A stretch of 64,000 bases of DNA from Nitrosopumilus sp. (GTDB taxonomy: Archaea; Thermoproteota; Nitrososphaeria; Nitrososphaerales; Nitrosopumilaceae). The position numbers and the translations under genes are program-made. The notes under the pieces are model-generated. The model was not told the DNA's origin. It saw only the letters and a program-made list of their open reading frames with translations, and ran no database searches. Positions 19,854 to 29,914 of this stretch are shown piece by piece. Every line of letters starts with the position of its first letter. Position 1 is the first letter of the stretch. The DNA is taken from contig OZ244650.1 in assembly GCA_965218785.1 (NCBI GenBank), positions 576,001 through 640,000 of the forward strand, written 5' to 3'.

Positions 19854-21119
19854 CTAGTCTACCTCGTTTTGTTTTTTATAGTCAAACAGCTTGCCTGCCA
19901 ACTCCACCATGTCAGGCCTGCCCTGTTCTGATGCCTTTCTGATGTTGTTCATTGGAGTTGATACAATGCTTTCAACCACTGCTTTGGTTAATTCGTCAAT
20001 AATTTTGATTTTTTCCTCGTTTTTCTCATCAAGCATTTGGAGTGCTTTTTGCAGTTCTTTTGTTCTCAGGGAGTCTATGCTCTTGAATACATCTTTTACC
20101 AGTGGTTCTGCATCTAGTCTTTTCATTGAGGCTTCTAATATGACTACTTCCTCGTTAATTATATTTTCAATGGTTTTTACCTTGTTTTGCCGTGCATTCA
20201 TGTTCTTTTCAACCATTTCGGCAATCTGATCCAGATTCATTAGTTTTATGCCTCCGATAGTTGCAACTTTTTCATCCACCGTTCTAGGATTTGACAGATC
20301 CAATATCATCATTCCGCCGCTTTTCTCCTTCATGGCGTTTGTGATTCTTTCATGAGTCACAAGAAAATACGGCGCAGTCGTTGCGACAAATAATACGTCG
20401 TAATTATCAAATCCTAAAAGAATCTCCTCAAATTTGACTGGATTTCCTCCCATCGTTTCACAAAATGTATGTGATCTTCCCATGGTCCTACTAGTTACAT
20501 CAAATGCATATCCCCTTCTTTGCAATGATTTTGCAACAAGAGTTGATACTTCGCCGGTGCCAATCAGCAAGATCTTTTTTGTTTTTAATTCGTCAATTTT
20601 TTCTTCTGCAAGCTTTACTGCCATGGAGCCAATTGAAATTCCGCCTCTGCCGATCCCACTCGAGTTTCTAATTCTAGTTCCAATTCTAATTGCCTTATCA
20701 AACAAGGTGTTAAGGTGCTGACCTGATGCCTTTGTCTCTCTGGCAGAAGTGATTGAATTTTTTATCTGGCCCAGGATTTGCTCCTCCCCTAGTACCATGG
20801 AATCTAGTCCCGATGTCAACTTTAACAGATGATGCAGTGCTTCTTGGTTTTCAACAAACTCGATATTTTCTTTGAACATCTCCTCCCCAAGTCCGGTTAG
20901 TGATGCCCATGTCTTTTTAATTTTCTCCAAATCATACGCTCCTGACTTGCCAAACAATTCGATTCTATTGCATGTCTGAATAATTACACATTCATCCAAC
21001 CCTGAATGTTTTTTAAATTGTTTATATGCATCCTGGATATCCTTTATTGTAAATTGTTCAAGAATATGAATTGGTGAGTTACGAAAAGTAACACGTGCGT
21101 TAATGATATTTTGATTCAT
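19854..21119 (-). CDS. hemA: Glutamyl-tRNA reductase
   Basis: TCNRIE, SGLDSMVLGEEQILGQ motifs. Confidence 0.97.
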   Translation of the reverse strand: MNQNIINARVTFRNSPIHILEQFTIKDIQDAYKQFKKHSGLDECVIIQTCNRIELFGKSGAYDLEKIKKTWASLTGLGEEMFKENIEFVENQEALHHLLKLTSGLDSMVLGEEQILGQIKNSITSARETKASGQHLNTLFDKAIRIGTRIRNSSGIGRGGISIGSMAVKLAEEKIDELKTKKILLIGTGEVSTLVAKSLQRRGYAFDVTSRTMGRSHTFCETMGGNPVKFEEILLGFDNYDVLFVATTAPYFLVTHERITNAMKEKSGGMMILDLSNPRTVDEKVATIGGIKLMNLDQIAEMVEKNMNARQNKVKTIENIINEEVVILEASMKRLDAEPLVKDVFKSIDSLRTKELQKALQMLDEKNEEKIKIIDELTKAVVESIVSTPMNNIRKASEQGRPDMVELAGKLFDYKKQNEVD

Positions 21120-21769
21120 TTCCAGTTCCTCAATATTGTAATGGCTCTCTTTTCAGCTCTCTTCACATGACCGTCTTTTATTAATTGTTCAATCCCGCCG
21201 TCTGTCATGACAGTGTGCAGGTATCTTCTTCGCTGAATCTGGCTTGATATGTCCACTTTTGCCAGTTTTCTTGCAATATTTTGAATTTTGATCTGGGCAA
21301 TGTCTTGTTTTGTGATTATTCTTTTGAATATCTTCTCTGCGCTAGTCTTGATTTTCTTTGACATTGCCGGACTTTTGCCACCTGTGAAGATTGCAATCTG
21401 AATCATGCTTTCAAAGTCAATTATTGCTGGATTTGAAAAGTCACTATCTTCGGGGTTGTCTGAACTGTATGCAATGATTTTGCGTCTTTTTGCACTGTTG
21501 ATAATCTTCTGGTTTAATTTTTTGTCATCTGTCGTGGTGATGATCACATTTGGCCTGAATTTTGAAATAAATTTGAGATCCTGGATTTTTTGTTTCTTGA
21601 ATGTGATCTTTTTTGTTTTTACCAGTTTCCTGATTCGGGCATTTATAGAGTCACTAATCACTAAAATCTCGCAGTTTTGTCCTAATAATGAGTTGATCCG
21701 CTTTTGTGCCTCATTTCCACTGCCAATTACTGCCACTATCTTGTCTTGAAGATTCAGATCAACTATCAT
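21116..21769 (-). CDS. sirC: Precorrin-2 dehydrogenase / sirohydrochlorin ferrochelatase (SirC/Met8p-like)
   Basis: VIGSGNEA Rossmann motif, DNPEDSDFSNPA, IAIFTGGKSPA. Confidence 0.88.
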   Translation of the reverse strand: MIVDLNLQDKIVAVIGSGNEAQKRINSLLGQNCEILVISDSINARIRKLVKTKKITFKKQKIQDLKFISKFRPNVIITTTDDKKLNQKIINSAKRRKIIAYSSDNPEDSDFSNPAIIDFESMIQIAIFTGGKSPAMSKKIKTSAEKIFKRIITKQDIAQIKIQNIARKLAKVDISSQIQRRRYLHTVMTDGGIEQLIKDGHVKRAEKRAITILRNWK

Positions 21770-21839
21770 CCGATCAAAAGGATTTGGGTTTCTATTTATG
21801 TATTAAAAACCGGCTCATAAATCCTAGCTACACTTTTAA

Positions 21840-22886
21840 TTGAATGGTAAAGTTATTGACTTGTTGGCTTTGGATCAATTAGACAAAGAAATCCTTAATG
21901 AAATTCAGTGGACATTCCCGCTTGTAACAAGACCCTTTGATGCCATTGCCGAAAAATTTAACACTACTCCGAAGATTGTAAAAGAGCGTCTTGACAATCT
22001 GAAGGAAATCGGCGTTTTAAGACAACTTAGTGCCATCTTTGATACAAGAAAACTCGGCTACACAAGTTCGCTTGTTGCAATGGAGATTGAACCTGACAAA
22101 CTAGAACATGTCGCAAGTCAAATCAACCGTCATCCTGGCGTCAGTCATAACTATGAGCGTGATCATCAATTCAACCTCTGGTTTACTTTGGCAGTCCCGC
22201 CGGGTTCTGATTTGAAAATAGAGATTGCAAAATTCAACATACTAAAGGGGATCAACAAAGTCCGAATGCTTCCAACCCTGCAGTTATTCAAAATTGGCGT
22301 AAAGCTGGACATGGTTGATGAAAAAAAACACGAGGTTGCACCAACTGAGGAAAAAAAAGAGATCAAAAATGTAAAGTTTGACCCTACGGAGGAAGACCGG
22401 GATTTTATCCGTGAATTACAAAAGGATATGGAAATTCTTGACGAGCCGTTTGTAGTGGCCGCTAACAATCTTGGAATTACCGAAGATGAATTATTTGAAA
22501 AGATGCGATATTATCAAGACATTGGAGTAATGAGACGTTTTGCAGCTATTTTGAGACACAGACAGGTGGGATTTACCGCTAATGGAATGATAGTCTGGAA
22601 GGTTCCAAAAGATAGGATATCTGATGTCGGGGCAAAACTAGGATCATTTCCTCAGGTAAGCCATTGTTATGAAAGGCCCACCTACTCGGATTGGCCATAC
22701 AATGTTTTTTCGATGATCCATTGCAAGACTCATGATGAGGCTCATCAAATGGCAAAGACAATACAGGATCAAATCAACGTTGATGAATACCAAATTCTCT
22801 TCAGTTCCCGTGAATTCAAAAAAACCAGAGTTGAATATTTCGTGGAAAACTCCTTTACTTTGGAAGAAACAATTCCCGTTTCCTAG
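21840..22886 (+). CDS. ahbAB: Fused siroheme decarboxylase AhbA-AhbB (start may be ~21864)
   Basis: Two Lrp-like halves with VSHNYER and VSHCYER; FPLVTRPF; GFTANGMIVW. Confidence 0.9.
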   Translation: MNGKVIDLLALDQLDKEILNEIQWTFPLVTRPFDAIAEKFNTTPKIVKERLDNLKEIGVLRQLSAIFDTRKLGYTSSLVAMEIEPDKLEHVASQINRHPGVSHNYERDHQFNLWFTLAVPPGSDLKIEIAKFNILKGINKVRMLPTLQLFKIGVKLDMVDEKKHEVAPTEEKKEIKNVKFDPTEEDRDFIRELQKDMEILDEPFVVAANNLGITEDELFEKMRYYQDIGVMRRFAAILRHRQVGFTANGMIVWKVPKDRISDVGAKLGSFPQVSHCYERPTYSDWPYNVFSMIHCKTHDEAHQMAKTIQDQINVDEYQILFSSREFKKTRVEYFVENSFTLEETIPVS

Positions 22887-23209
22887 AATTCATTTTCATC
22901 ATGTCCTACGACATGAACTATGCAAAAGTACTGGTCATTCATGTTGCAATAGTATGCTGAATGCTCCCTGCATATCTTGCATGGCGGTTTCTCATCGTGT
23001 TCTGATAATTTTGTGTGATAGACCTTGCTTCTGCTGGTAACACCTGACTCTTTGTAGATTCTTGTTAAATTCGTATAGTATTCAAGTTCCTTAGGATCAA
23101 GTCTTTGCTGGTTCTTTATCTTCTTGATGATTTTTTCCCATTTGTTATACTCGCCAATTTTGGCCAGTTTCATTCTTTCAATAACTTCAAGTGTTTTTTG
23201 TGAATCCAT
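22883..23209 (-). CDS. Hypothetical protein with a C-terminal Cys/His zinc finger
   Basis: CKIC-x7-C-x7-CIVH-x3-H. Confidence 0.7.
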   Translation of the reverse strand: MDSQKTLEVIERMKLAKIGEYNKWEKIIKKIKNQQRLDPKELEYYTNLTRIYKESGVTSRSKVYHTKLSEHDEKPPCKICREHSAYYCNMNDQYFCIVHVVGHDENEF

Positions 23210-23229
23210 GGGTGTGGTCCATCTGCGGA

Positions 23230-24228
23230 TTAATCTGCCTGGGGCGTTGCCTTTAACTCATAGGAAGGCCAAGTACTGTACAATTCTTCTATCTCTTTCA
23301 TGTCTGATCTCGAGATGTATTCCCCCTTTGTCATCTCTGCATTGGCAACCACCTCATCCTCGCTGATCATGGTTGGAAATACTGATGCAAATCCCCCCTT
23401 TGTCATTATGAACTTCATGGCCAACTCTGTAATGTTTAATCCGTTTCTTTTTGCAATCGGTTCTAACTGTTCAACCTTTTCTAGCGATGCTTTAATCCAT
23501 TCACCTTTTCTTACTGATCGGTGGTCTTTTTCATCAATCTTTGTGTCTGCATTTACCTTTCCGGTTAGTATTCCTGATGCCTCTGGAACCCTGACTAGAA
23601 TTCCGACATTTTTCTCTTCAGCCTTTTTCATTAATTCATTTCCTGGAGTCTGCTCTAAAATGTTGTAGACAGTCTGCACCGCACTGATGTCTGGCCTATC
23701 CATTGCTTCAAGACCCTCCTGTGTCCAGCCGATTGCCGGACCTAGTGCTACCTGGCATGTTTTGATAGTTCCATCTGCGATAAAACTATCAAGCACGTTA
23801 AATATCGAGTCGTCTCTGATGTGGGCTAGTTTTGGATTGTGCAATCCATACATATCTAGGTGGTCTGTCTGCAATCTCTCCAGGCTGTCCCTTAGTGCCA
23901 TTCTTGTAAAATCCTCGTCAAATTTTTGTGGCAACTCACTATGTCCAATCTGATCCACTCCTCGGAAGTCATAACCGTATTTTGTGGAGATGACAATCTC
24001 GTCTCTCATGTCCTTGAAAACTTTGCCAATAATCCTCTCACTTTTTCCCTTTCCATACATGTCCCCGGTTTCAAAAAAGTTAATCCCCACATCGTATGCT
24101 TTTTTGAGCATTCTTTCTGCCTCGTCCTCCTCAATTTTCTTGCCCCACCAGTCAAGGGCAATGGACCATGCACCAAATCCCAGCTCCGATACTTTGATGT
24201 CTGTTTTTCCCAATTTATTGTAATTCAA
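23230..24228 (-). CDS. Aldo/keto reductase
   Basis: LGKTDIKVSELGFGAW, SLERLQTDHLDMY, QTVYNIL motifs. Confidence 0.93.
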   Translation of the reverse strand: MNYNKLGKTDIKVSELGFGAWSIALDWWGKKIEEDEAERMLKKAYDVGINFFETGDMYGKGKSERIIGKVFKDMRDEIVISTKYGYDFRGVDQIGHSELPQKFDEDFTRMALRDSLERLQTDHLDMYGLHNPKLAHIRDDSIFNVLDSFIADGTIKTCQVALGPAIGWTQEGLEAMDRPDISAVQTVYNILEQTPGNELMKKAEEKNVGILVRVPEASGILTGKVNADTKIDEKDHRSVRKGEWIKASLEKVEQLEPIAKRNGLNITELAMKFIMTKGGFASVFPTMISEDEVVANAEMTKGEYISRSDMKEIEELYSTWPSYELKATPQAD

Positions 24229-24499
24229 TTTTCTAATTCATGTCTCTTTGTTTTCATCATTTATAGTATGTCCATTGGAATCGATTGCGCATAAACCCTG
24301 TTATTACTAGATTAATTCCAAAATTAAATAAAAAGGTGGGATGTAAAAGTCTAGCATAATTGAATTTTTAATTGCATTTTTGATGATTTCTCTAATGTTA
24401 TGATGATTTTTCTGTTCTTGAATAAACGATTATGCAGTCATGTTTATCTGACATTTGATGACGGCACCGGAATTTTCAAGAAGATCATTTCTGTAAAAA

Positions 24500-25174
24500 T
24501 CAACCCAGACTTGATATTAAAGGAACGATATCTTTTTTGACGCATACGATCATCGGAATATCATTTTTTACATATGATGATACCTGGGTTTCCCTCAAAT
24601 CCATGATCAGATCTTGGAAATCCCTGATGTCGTCTACTTCAAACGCAAGCATGAAATCCTCATCGTGTATGCCAAAAGAATACGTGGTGTTTAGCGTGAT
24701 TTGTGGATATTTCTTGCTTACCTCTATGTGTTCATTCATAATTTCCTGGCGTTTTTCTTTTGGCAGAAGATACCATTCCCTAGTCTTTGTAAATGGGTAG
24801 ATTATGACATGTTTTTTTGGTTCGTCGCCTGTAATGAATCCCTGAGTTTTCTGCTCTTGTACGTAGATTGACGGTCTGGTACAAGAAAGATATGTCATAG
24901 ATGGTGTGATATATTTTCCAAACACCGTTTTGTACAGCTTTTCAATGGCAGTCTGAATTTCCCCAATTGTTTTTGCAGCAAACCAAAACAAAAAATCAGA
25001 ATCGTCTCTTAATCCCAGATTTGAATATGATCTAAACATTATTCCTGAATTATTAATTATGTTTTCAACCTCTTTTGCAGATTCATTCTTTGCCAAATCT
25101 GCCATCCATCTCCATTTGGGATCCACTTTGAAAAATGAGAAATTGAAATAATACTGATCATTGTCTGCTGACAT
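24500..25174 (-). CDS. Chlorite dismutase/HemQ family, probable coproheme decarboxylase
   Basis: YPFTKTREWYLL, EH, TTYSFGIHDEDF motifs; lies among heme genes. Confidence 0.85.
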   Translation of the reverse strand: MSADNDQYYFNFSFFKVDPKWRWMADLAKNESAKEVENIINNSGIMFRSYSNLGLRDDSDFLFWFAAKTIGEIQTAIEKLYKTVFGKYITPSMTYLSCTRPSIYVQEQKTQGFITGDEPKKHVIIYPFTKTREWYLLPKEKRQEIMNEHIEVSKKYPQITLNTTYSFGIHDEDFMLAFEVDDIRDFQDLIMDLRETQVSSYVKNDIPMIVCVKKDIVPLISSLG

Positions 25175-25410
25175 GATCTTTCCAAATCCAAACCCTATTT
25201 AAACAAAAAACCGGATCTTCTACCGGAATCTAATTAGAGTTGTACGTAATTAACCCGACTCCAGTAACTAACAACGACCAAGTTTTTCAGATATGCTGAT
25301 CTAAAAGAGGGTCAGCATCATAAAAAAACGTGCAGGATCAGATCATACGTACGGGATGTAATGCTTACGTCATAATTGGATGTCCTGGGAAAATATCTGT
25401 TTGAATTTGA

Positions 25411-26181
25411 CTAGGCTGCCTGCTTTACGACCCAGTCATAACCGTCCTTTTCTAGTTTGTCTGCAAGTGACGCATCGCCTGTTTTCAAGACCCTGCCATT
25501 GGCAAACACATGCACAAAGTCTAGTTTGTCCAAGAATTTCAGGATTCTGGCATAGTGGGTAATTACAATAATTGTTGCGTCCTTGCCTGATACCTGACTG
25601 ATTGCTTTTGCCACTGACTGAACTGCATCAATATCTAATCCTGAATCGGGTTCATCTAAAATTGAAATTTTTGGTTTTAGTACTGCCATCTGTAAAACTT
25701 CGGCGCGTTTCTTTTCTCCGCCGGAAAATCCCTCATTAAGATATCTTGAAAGAAACTCCTCGCTTAATCCCACCTTTTTCAAATTTTCTTTTAAATATTT
25801 CTGAAATTCCCTTACCGTGATGAATACCTCTCTATCGTCGCCTTCAAGTGCCTTGCTCAACGAGTTGTAGGCAGTTCTAAGAAAGTGAGAAAATCCCACA
25901 CCTGAAACCTCGGTAGGATACTGAAATCCCAGGAATAATCCCTTCTTTGCCCTTTTATCTGCAGTCAAATCCAGAATACTCTCGCCATCCAACAAAATAT
26001 CCCCTGATGTAACTTCGTATTTTGGATGTGCAAGTAATGTGTATGCTAGCGTACTTTTTCCTGAGCCGTTAGGTCCCATAATGGCATGAACTTCGCCGGG
26101 TCCTGTTTTTAGATTGACTCCTTTGAGGATCTCCTTGCCTTCTCTTTTCACATGAAGATCCTTGATTTCTAATACGCCCAT
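25411..26181 (-). CDS. sufC: Fe-S assembly ATPase SufC
   Basis: GPNGSGKS, FQYP, NEGFSGGEKKR, DEPDSGLDIDA motifs. Confidence 0.97.
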   Translation of the reverse strand: MGVLEIKDLHVKREGKEILKGVNLKTGPGEVHAIMGPNGSGKSTLAYTLLAHPKYEVTSGDILLDGESILDLTADKRAKKGLFLGFQYPTEVSGVGFSHFLRTAYNSLSKALEGDDREVFITVREFQKYLKENLKKVGLSEEFLSRYLNEGFSGGEKKRAEVLQMAVLKPKISILDEPDSGLDIDAVQSVAKAISQVSGKDATIIVITHYARILKFLDKLDFVHVFANGRVLKTGDASLADKLEKDGYDWVVKQAA

Positions 26182-26203
26182 ATTGCAATTTATTCTGTTT
26201 AGC

Positions 26204-26236
26204 TATATAATGCCGACGAAATTTAGCTGATCCTAA
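26204..26236 (-). promoter_or_regulatory. sufC promoter: TATA box plus TTAGCTGATCCTAA box
   Basis: TTATATA on the minus strand (26210-26204); near-palindromic box at 26223-26236 matching the sufB boxes. Confidence 0.55.
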
Positions 26237-26278
26237 CGGATTTTTAGTAATAAAATGAAAAAAAGAAAAAAAGGGGGT

Positions 26279-27235
26279 TTAATTTTTGGTCAGAGATGGC
26301 CTCAAAGTAATTTTGAGTTTGTAGCATGTTAGAATCTCTTTACATCTGTTTCTGATAGTGACTTCGGTGACTCCTGCAGTGTTTGAAACGTCTCTTTGCA
26401 GTACGTTTTGTCCAAGCAGGACTGATGCAACATACAGGTATGCTGCAGCAATTCCATTTGGAGCCTTTCCATCTGCAATATTGCTGTTTTTTGTTTTTTC
26501 TGCAATTTCCAAGGCCAGCCTCTCGACTCTGACCTCAGTCTGTGTGGTGTTTGCTATCTTTGAGATGTATTTGTCCATGGTTACAACTGGCACTTCTAGC
26601 TGTCCCATCTCCATTCTCATAGTTCTAAAGTATCTTGCCGCAAGTTTTGTCTTTGATTTGACATCTTTTGCTGGACATATTCCCCGACAAATCTCTTCTA
26701 GTGATCTTACTACGTCGCATTGTTTGCATGCCATGTAAATTGTAGCAGCTGTCATGCTGACTACAGATTTTCCCTTTACAGTAACATGTCCATCCAAGCT
26801 TCTGTATATCATAGAAGAGGTTTCCAAAACATTCTTTGAGAGACCCAGATTGTCGCATGCTTCGCCCATTTTTGCTAAAACATTTGCCAGTCTTCTCTCC
26901 CTTGGTGAGGAAACCCGTATTCTTTGTTGCCATTTTCTGAGATTGTGCATCTGATTTGCGACTTCGCGGTTGATTGTTTTTCCACTAAAGTCCCTTGTAC
27001 TAATTGAAATCTCAGTTGTTATTCCCAAGTCATGCTGGGAATAGGTCGTTTGTCCGGTCGCTCTTGCCAACCTCATCTTGTCTTCAAGATTTGAACTAAT
27101 TGTTTCTGGACCAAGATCTGCAATCTGATCATCGACTACAACGCCGCAACCAGAGCAGATTATTTCACCGTTCTGCATGTCATCAACCAAAGTTGATTTA
27201 CATTCAGGACAGTTTTGTTTTTCTAGTGTGTTCAA
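26279..27235 (-). CDS. tfb: Transcription initiation factor IIB
   Basis: N-terminal Zn-ribbon CPEC..CSGCG, LRKWQ, two cyclin repeats, VTEVTIRNR. Confidence 0.96.
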   Translation of the reverse strand: MNTLEKQNCPECKSTLVDDMQNGEIICSGCGVVVDDQIADLGPETISSNLEDKMRLARATGQTTYSQHDLGITTEISISTRDFSGKTINREVANQMHNLRKWQQRIRVSSPRERRLANVLAKMGEACDNLGLSKNVLETSSMIYRSLDGHVTVKGKSVVSMTAATIYMACKQCDVVRSLEEICRGICPAKDVKSKTKLAARYFRTMRMEMGQLEVPVVTMDKYISKIANTTQTEVRVERLALEIAEKTKNSNIADGKAPNGIAAAYLYVASVLLGQNVLQRDVSNTAGVTEVTIRNRCKEILTCYKLKITLRPSLTKN

Positions 27236-27501
27236 TTTTTTCGTCTCCTAAATTTTTTGTATGTATTGACAGAAGATTGTTCGGATGCGAAAACACGCTT
27301 GCCGATGTATTTCTTGATGTTGTTTGTCAACGGGGTTGCCGATGCAAACGGTCTTTTTACTGGACCTATTAGTTCCATTACTTTTGCAACTCTAGTTCCC
27401 TTTTCATCGCAGAGTATCTGTCCCTCATCTAGTTTGTTGGATAGCTGGACGATGACTCTGCCACTACCGGCTAGGTGCATTATTTCGCCTACCTCCTGCA
27501 A
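27232..27501 (-). CDS. gar1: H/ACA RNP subunit Gar1/Naf1
   Basis: KVMELIGPVKRPF motif; usual position upstream of tfb. Confidence 0.88.
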   Translation of the reverse strand: MQEVGEIMHLAGSGRVIVQLSNKLDEGQILCDEKGTRVAKVMELIGPVKRPFASATPLTNNIKKYIGKRVFASEQSSVNTYKKFRRRKN

Positions 27502-27572
27502 TTAATGTACTAATAATGATATTCCTATCATAGACTTCTGTCAATTTTACTTTAGCTAAGAGCTATTTGATT

Positions 27573-27872
27573 TTATTTTGACTGCTTGCCTCTTTTTACA
27601 ACCAGTTTTTCTGAAATTTTGTCAAGAATTTTTGTCTTGGAGGATCCTTTTGGTAAAACGACGTATCCTGATCTGACATATGGCTTTTTGGGATATCTTG
27701 CAGTCTCATTTGATTCTGTAATCTCCAATCCTGCGGCTTTTACTGCATCCTTTAGTTCTTTTAATGAGGGATCAAAAACACATTTTTCCATTCCCTGTCT
27801 TCTTCCCTTGGATTTTTTCAGGTTCTTGTTGAAATAATCCAGCCAGATTACAATGTGTTCATAGTCCTTCAT
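27573..27872 (-). CDS. srp19: Signal recognition particle protein SRP19
   Basis: IVIWLDYFN..KSKGRR and YPK motifs. Confidence 0.92.
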   Translation of the reverse strand: MKDYEHIVIWLDYFNKNLKKSKGRRQGMEKCVFDPSLKELKDAVKAAGLEITESNETARYPKKPYVRSGYVVLPKGSSKTKILDKISEKLVVKRGKQSK

Positions 27873-28065
27873 TTAATCACGCCATTTTTTGCCAGATATC
27901 TTCCAGTTGATCTGTCATTGTTCCTCAGGGATTCAAAAGCCAATATGAAGTAATTGAAGCTTTTGATCCCAAGGATGACGTATTCCCGGCAATCATCCCC
28001 GAGTCTCATCAAATTAAAAACTAAATCAGTAATTTAAAAGCAGGATGCATCTACTTGTGATTCAT

Positions 28066-28449
28066 TTATTCCTTTAGTAAAACCGCGTTGGCTATTCCTG
28101 TTTGTCCTGGTTTGGAAACTATTCTGCACTTGCCTTCCTCTGTTTCTAGTATCGCGCCTTTTGTAATTATGCCTCGTCTTTTGTAATCGTTGTTTGTTGC
28201 ATTCTCCAAAACCTTTAGAATTTTTGTCTTTTTAACTTTGGCATCCCCTGTTGCTAGATTGACAAAATCAATTGTCTTCAATGCCGTCTTTCTATTGTCG
28301 CCGCGAACTCTTCTTGTAATGGTTACCTGAGCTCCGTTTATGGGCTCATTTGGATACCTGTCCAACTCATATTTTCGTCTGGTTCTAAGCGGATGTCTTC
28401 TGCCTCCGGTCGTTTTACTAGTTGCCAGATTCTCTACGGACTTTCTCAC
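28066..28449 (-). CDS. rps8e: 30S ribosomal protein S8e
   Basis: KTTGGR, RVRGDN, IITKGAI, SKPGQTG motifs. Confidence 0.96.
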   Translation of the reverse strand: MRKSVENLATSKTTGGRRHPLRTRRKYELDRYPNEPINGAQVTITRRVRGDNRKTALKTIDFVNLATGDAKVKKTKILKVLENATNNDYKRRGIITKGAILETEEGKCRIVSKPGQTGIANAVLLKE

Positions 28450-28520
28450 AAAACCTTGTCTGAATCACTCTAATTTATACAAAACGCAAAAAATCCGCCC
28501 TGGGCTAGGTATCTGCTTGA

Positions 28521-29090
28521 CTATGTTGTAATTTGAGGAGTGGGGGCCGTATGGCTCATGCTGGCAGTCTTTCTTACTTTGGAGAATAATCTTTGTTTTA
28601 GATCTTCGACATCCCCCTTGATTCCGAAATATTTTTGGAATTTTTCAGTCGTTGCGTAAATTTTTAATCTGCCGACATTTTGATGACTGATGTAATCTAA
28701 CTGTCTGAGTTCTTTTAGGTGTGCATAAACTCCTGTACCCCTTGTCTCTACAAGCTGCTTTGATGAGATCGGCTGCATATATGCAATGTAGGATAGGGTC
28801 TTGAGTGTCGCATTTGGAAGAACTGGTTTTGAGGCATATCTTTTCACCGTGGCACTATACTCTGGTTTTAACTGAAATACGTATGAACCATCTGGAAGTA
28901 TGACTACTTCTATTGCCTTGAATGCCGACTTTGTCTTTTTCATGATATTGCCGAGTAATTCCAACGTCTTTGTTCTGGATTCTGTGCCTGATGCCCTGAT
29001 TATCTCTTCTATCCTGAGTGGTCTTCCTGCAGAGTATAATGCCGCCTCAACCCTTGCAGTTGCCTCACCCATGTTCTCAATTTTAGCCAA
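28521..29090 (-). CDS. scpB: SMC-Scp complex subunit ScpB
   Basis: VEAALYSAGRPL, TLSYIAYMQPI, YATTEKFQKYFG motifs. Confidence 0.94.
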   Translation of the reverse strand: MAKIENMGEATARVEAALYSAGRPLRIEEIIRASGTESRTKTLELLGNIMKKTKSAFKAIEVVILPDGSYVFQLKPEYSATVKRYASKPVLPNATLKTLSYIAYMQPISSKQLVETRGTGVYAHLKELRQLDYISHQNVGRLKIYATTEKFQKYFGIKGDVEDLKQRLFSKVRKTASMSHTAPTPQITT

Positions 29091-29142
29091 TTACTATCAC
29101 TTGTCTGAAATCTAGTTAAAGAAACCCTTTCTTCATTTTTGA

Positions 29143-29829
29143 TCAGTTTGTTAACTCTTCTTTAATTGATATGATCCTGATGTCGTCTTCTACCTGCTCT
29201 AGATCCACCTTCTGGTCTCTGGCCAAAAACAGCACGGCAAAGAAGCATCTTATCGAATCAATCCCGTCAAGTTCTGCAATAATATCGCGTAGTAATCCAA
29301 ATCCTGTCGGTGAGATTTTCTTCATTATCAGATCCTCGTATTTTCCAATAATGCTTTCAAGTGAAATAAAGTATTCCTGAAAATCAGGTGCGTCAATTGG
29401 CTCTATTTCCAGCGGTTTGTTTCTTCTTGACTGGGGATTTGCAATCGTTCCTATGAGCTTTTGGAGCAGTCCTAGCAGGTCATCTAATGATACCGGATAT
29501 GTTGATTCATGTCTAAATGGTATATCGATTAGTTCAATGTCCACGTCTGTTCTCTGATGTATTGGTTTTTTTGCCATAGCCGCCTTTTGTAGTGCAAAAA
29601 TACTATCGACTTTCATTCTATAGATTAATGAGGATGACAGTGCTGCCATTCCTGCTACTTTGAGATCCTTTTTACCTGATTTTTCTAGAATTTTTACCAG
29701 CAGATCCAAAATCTGGATCAAGTCAATCTCCCAGATATCTTTTTTGGCAACAGATGAGGGACTAAATAGAACATTTATCGGTTCCTGAGAAATACTTTGG
29801 GAAGTTTCTGATTTACTCACACTGTACAT
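29143..29829 (-). CDS. scpA: Kleisin ScpA
   Basis: DIWEIDL and FFAVLFLA..KVDLEQ motifs; adjacent to scpB. Confidence 0.85.
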   Translation of the reverse strand: MYSVSKSETSQSISQEPINVLFSPSSVAKKDIWEIDLIQILDLLVKILEKSGKKDLKVAGMAALSSSLIYRMKVDSIFALQKAAMAKKPIHQRTDVDIELIDIPFRHESTYPVSLDDLLGLLQKLIGTIANPQSRRNKPLEIEPIDAPDFQEYFISLESIIGKYEDLIMKKISPTGFGLLRDIIAELDGIDSIRCFFAVLFLARDQKVDLEQVEDDIRIISIKEELTN

Positions 29830-29914
29830 TATGTCGTATTCAATAATATCTAAGGGCTCTATTTTTTTCCCATTTCCAGTCAACTCTTATATTGTTATGA
29901 CGAAAAACCAACCT

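Noticed and set aside
24380-24490. Second C/D-box sRNA (several TGATGA/CTGA words)
   Set aside because: Box spacing is inconsistent and there is no terminal stem
27875-28015. Gene remnant between srp19 and rps8e
   Set aside because: Looks coding-like but is interrupted and has no recognisable family motif
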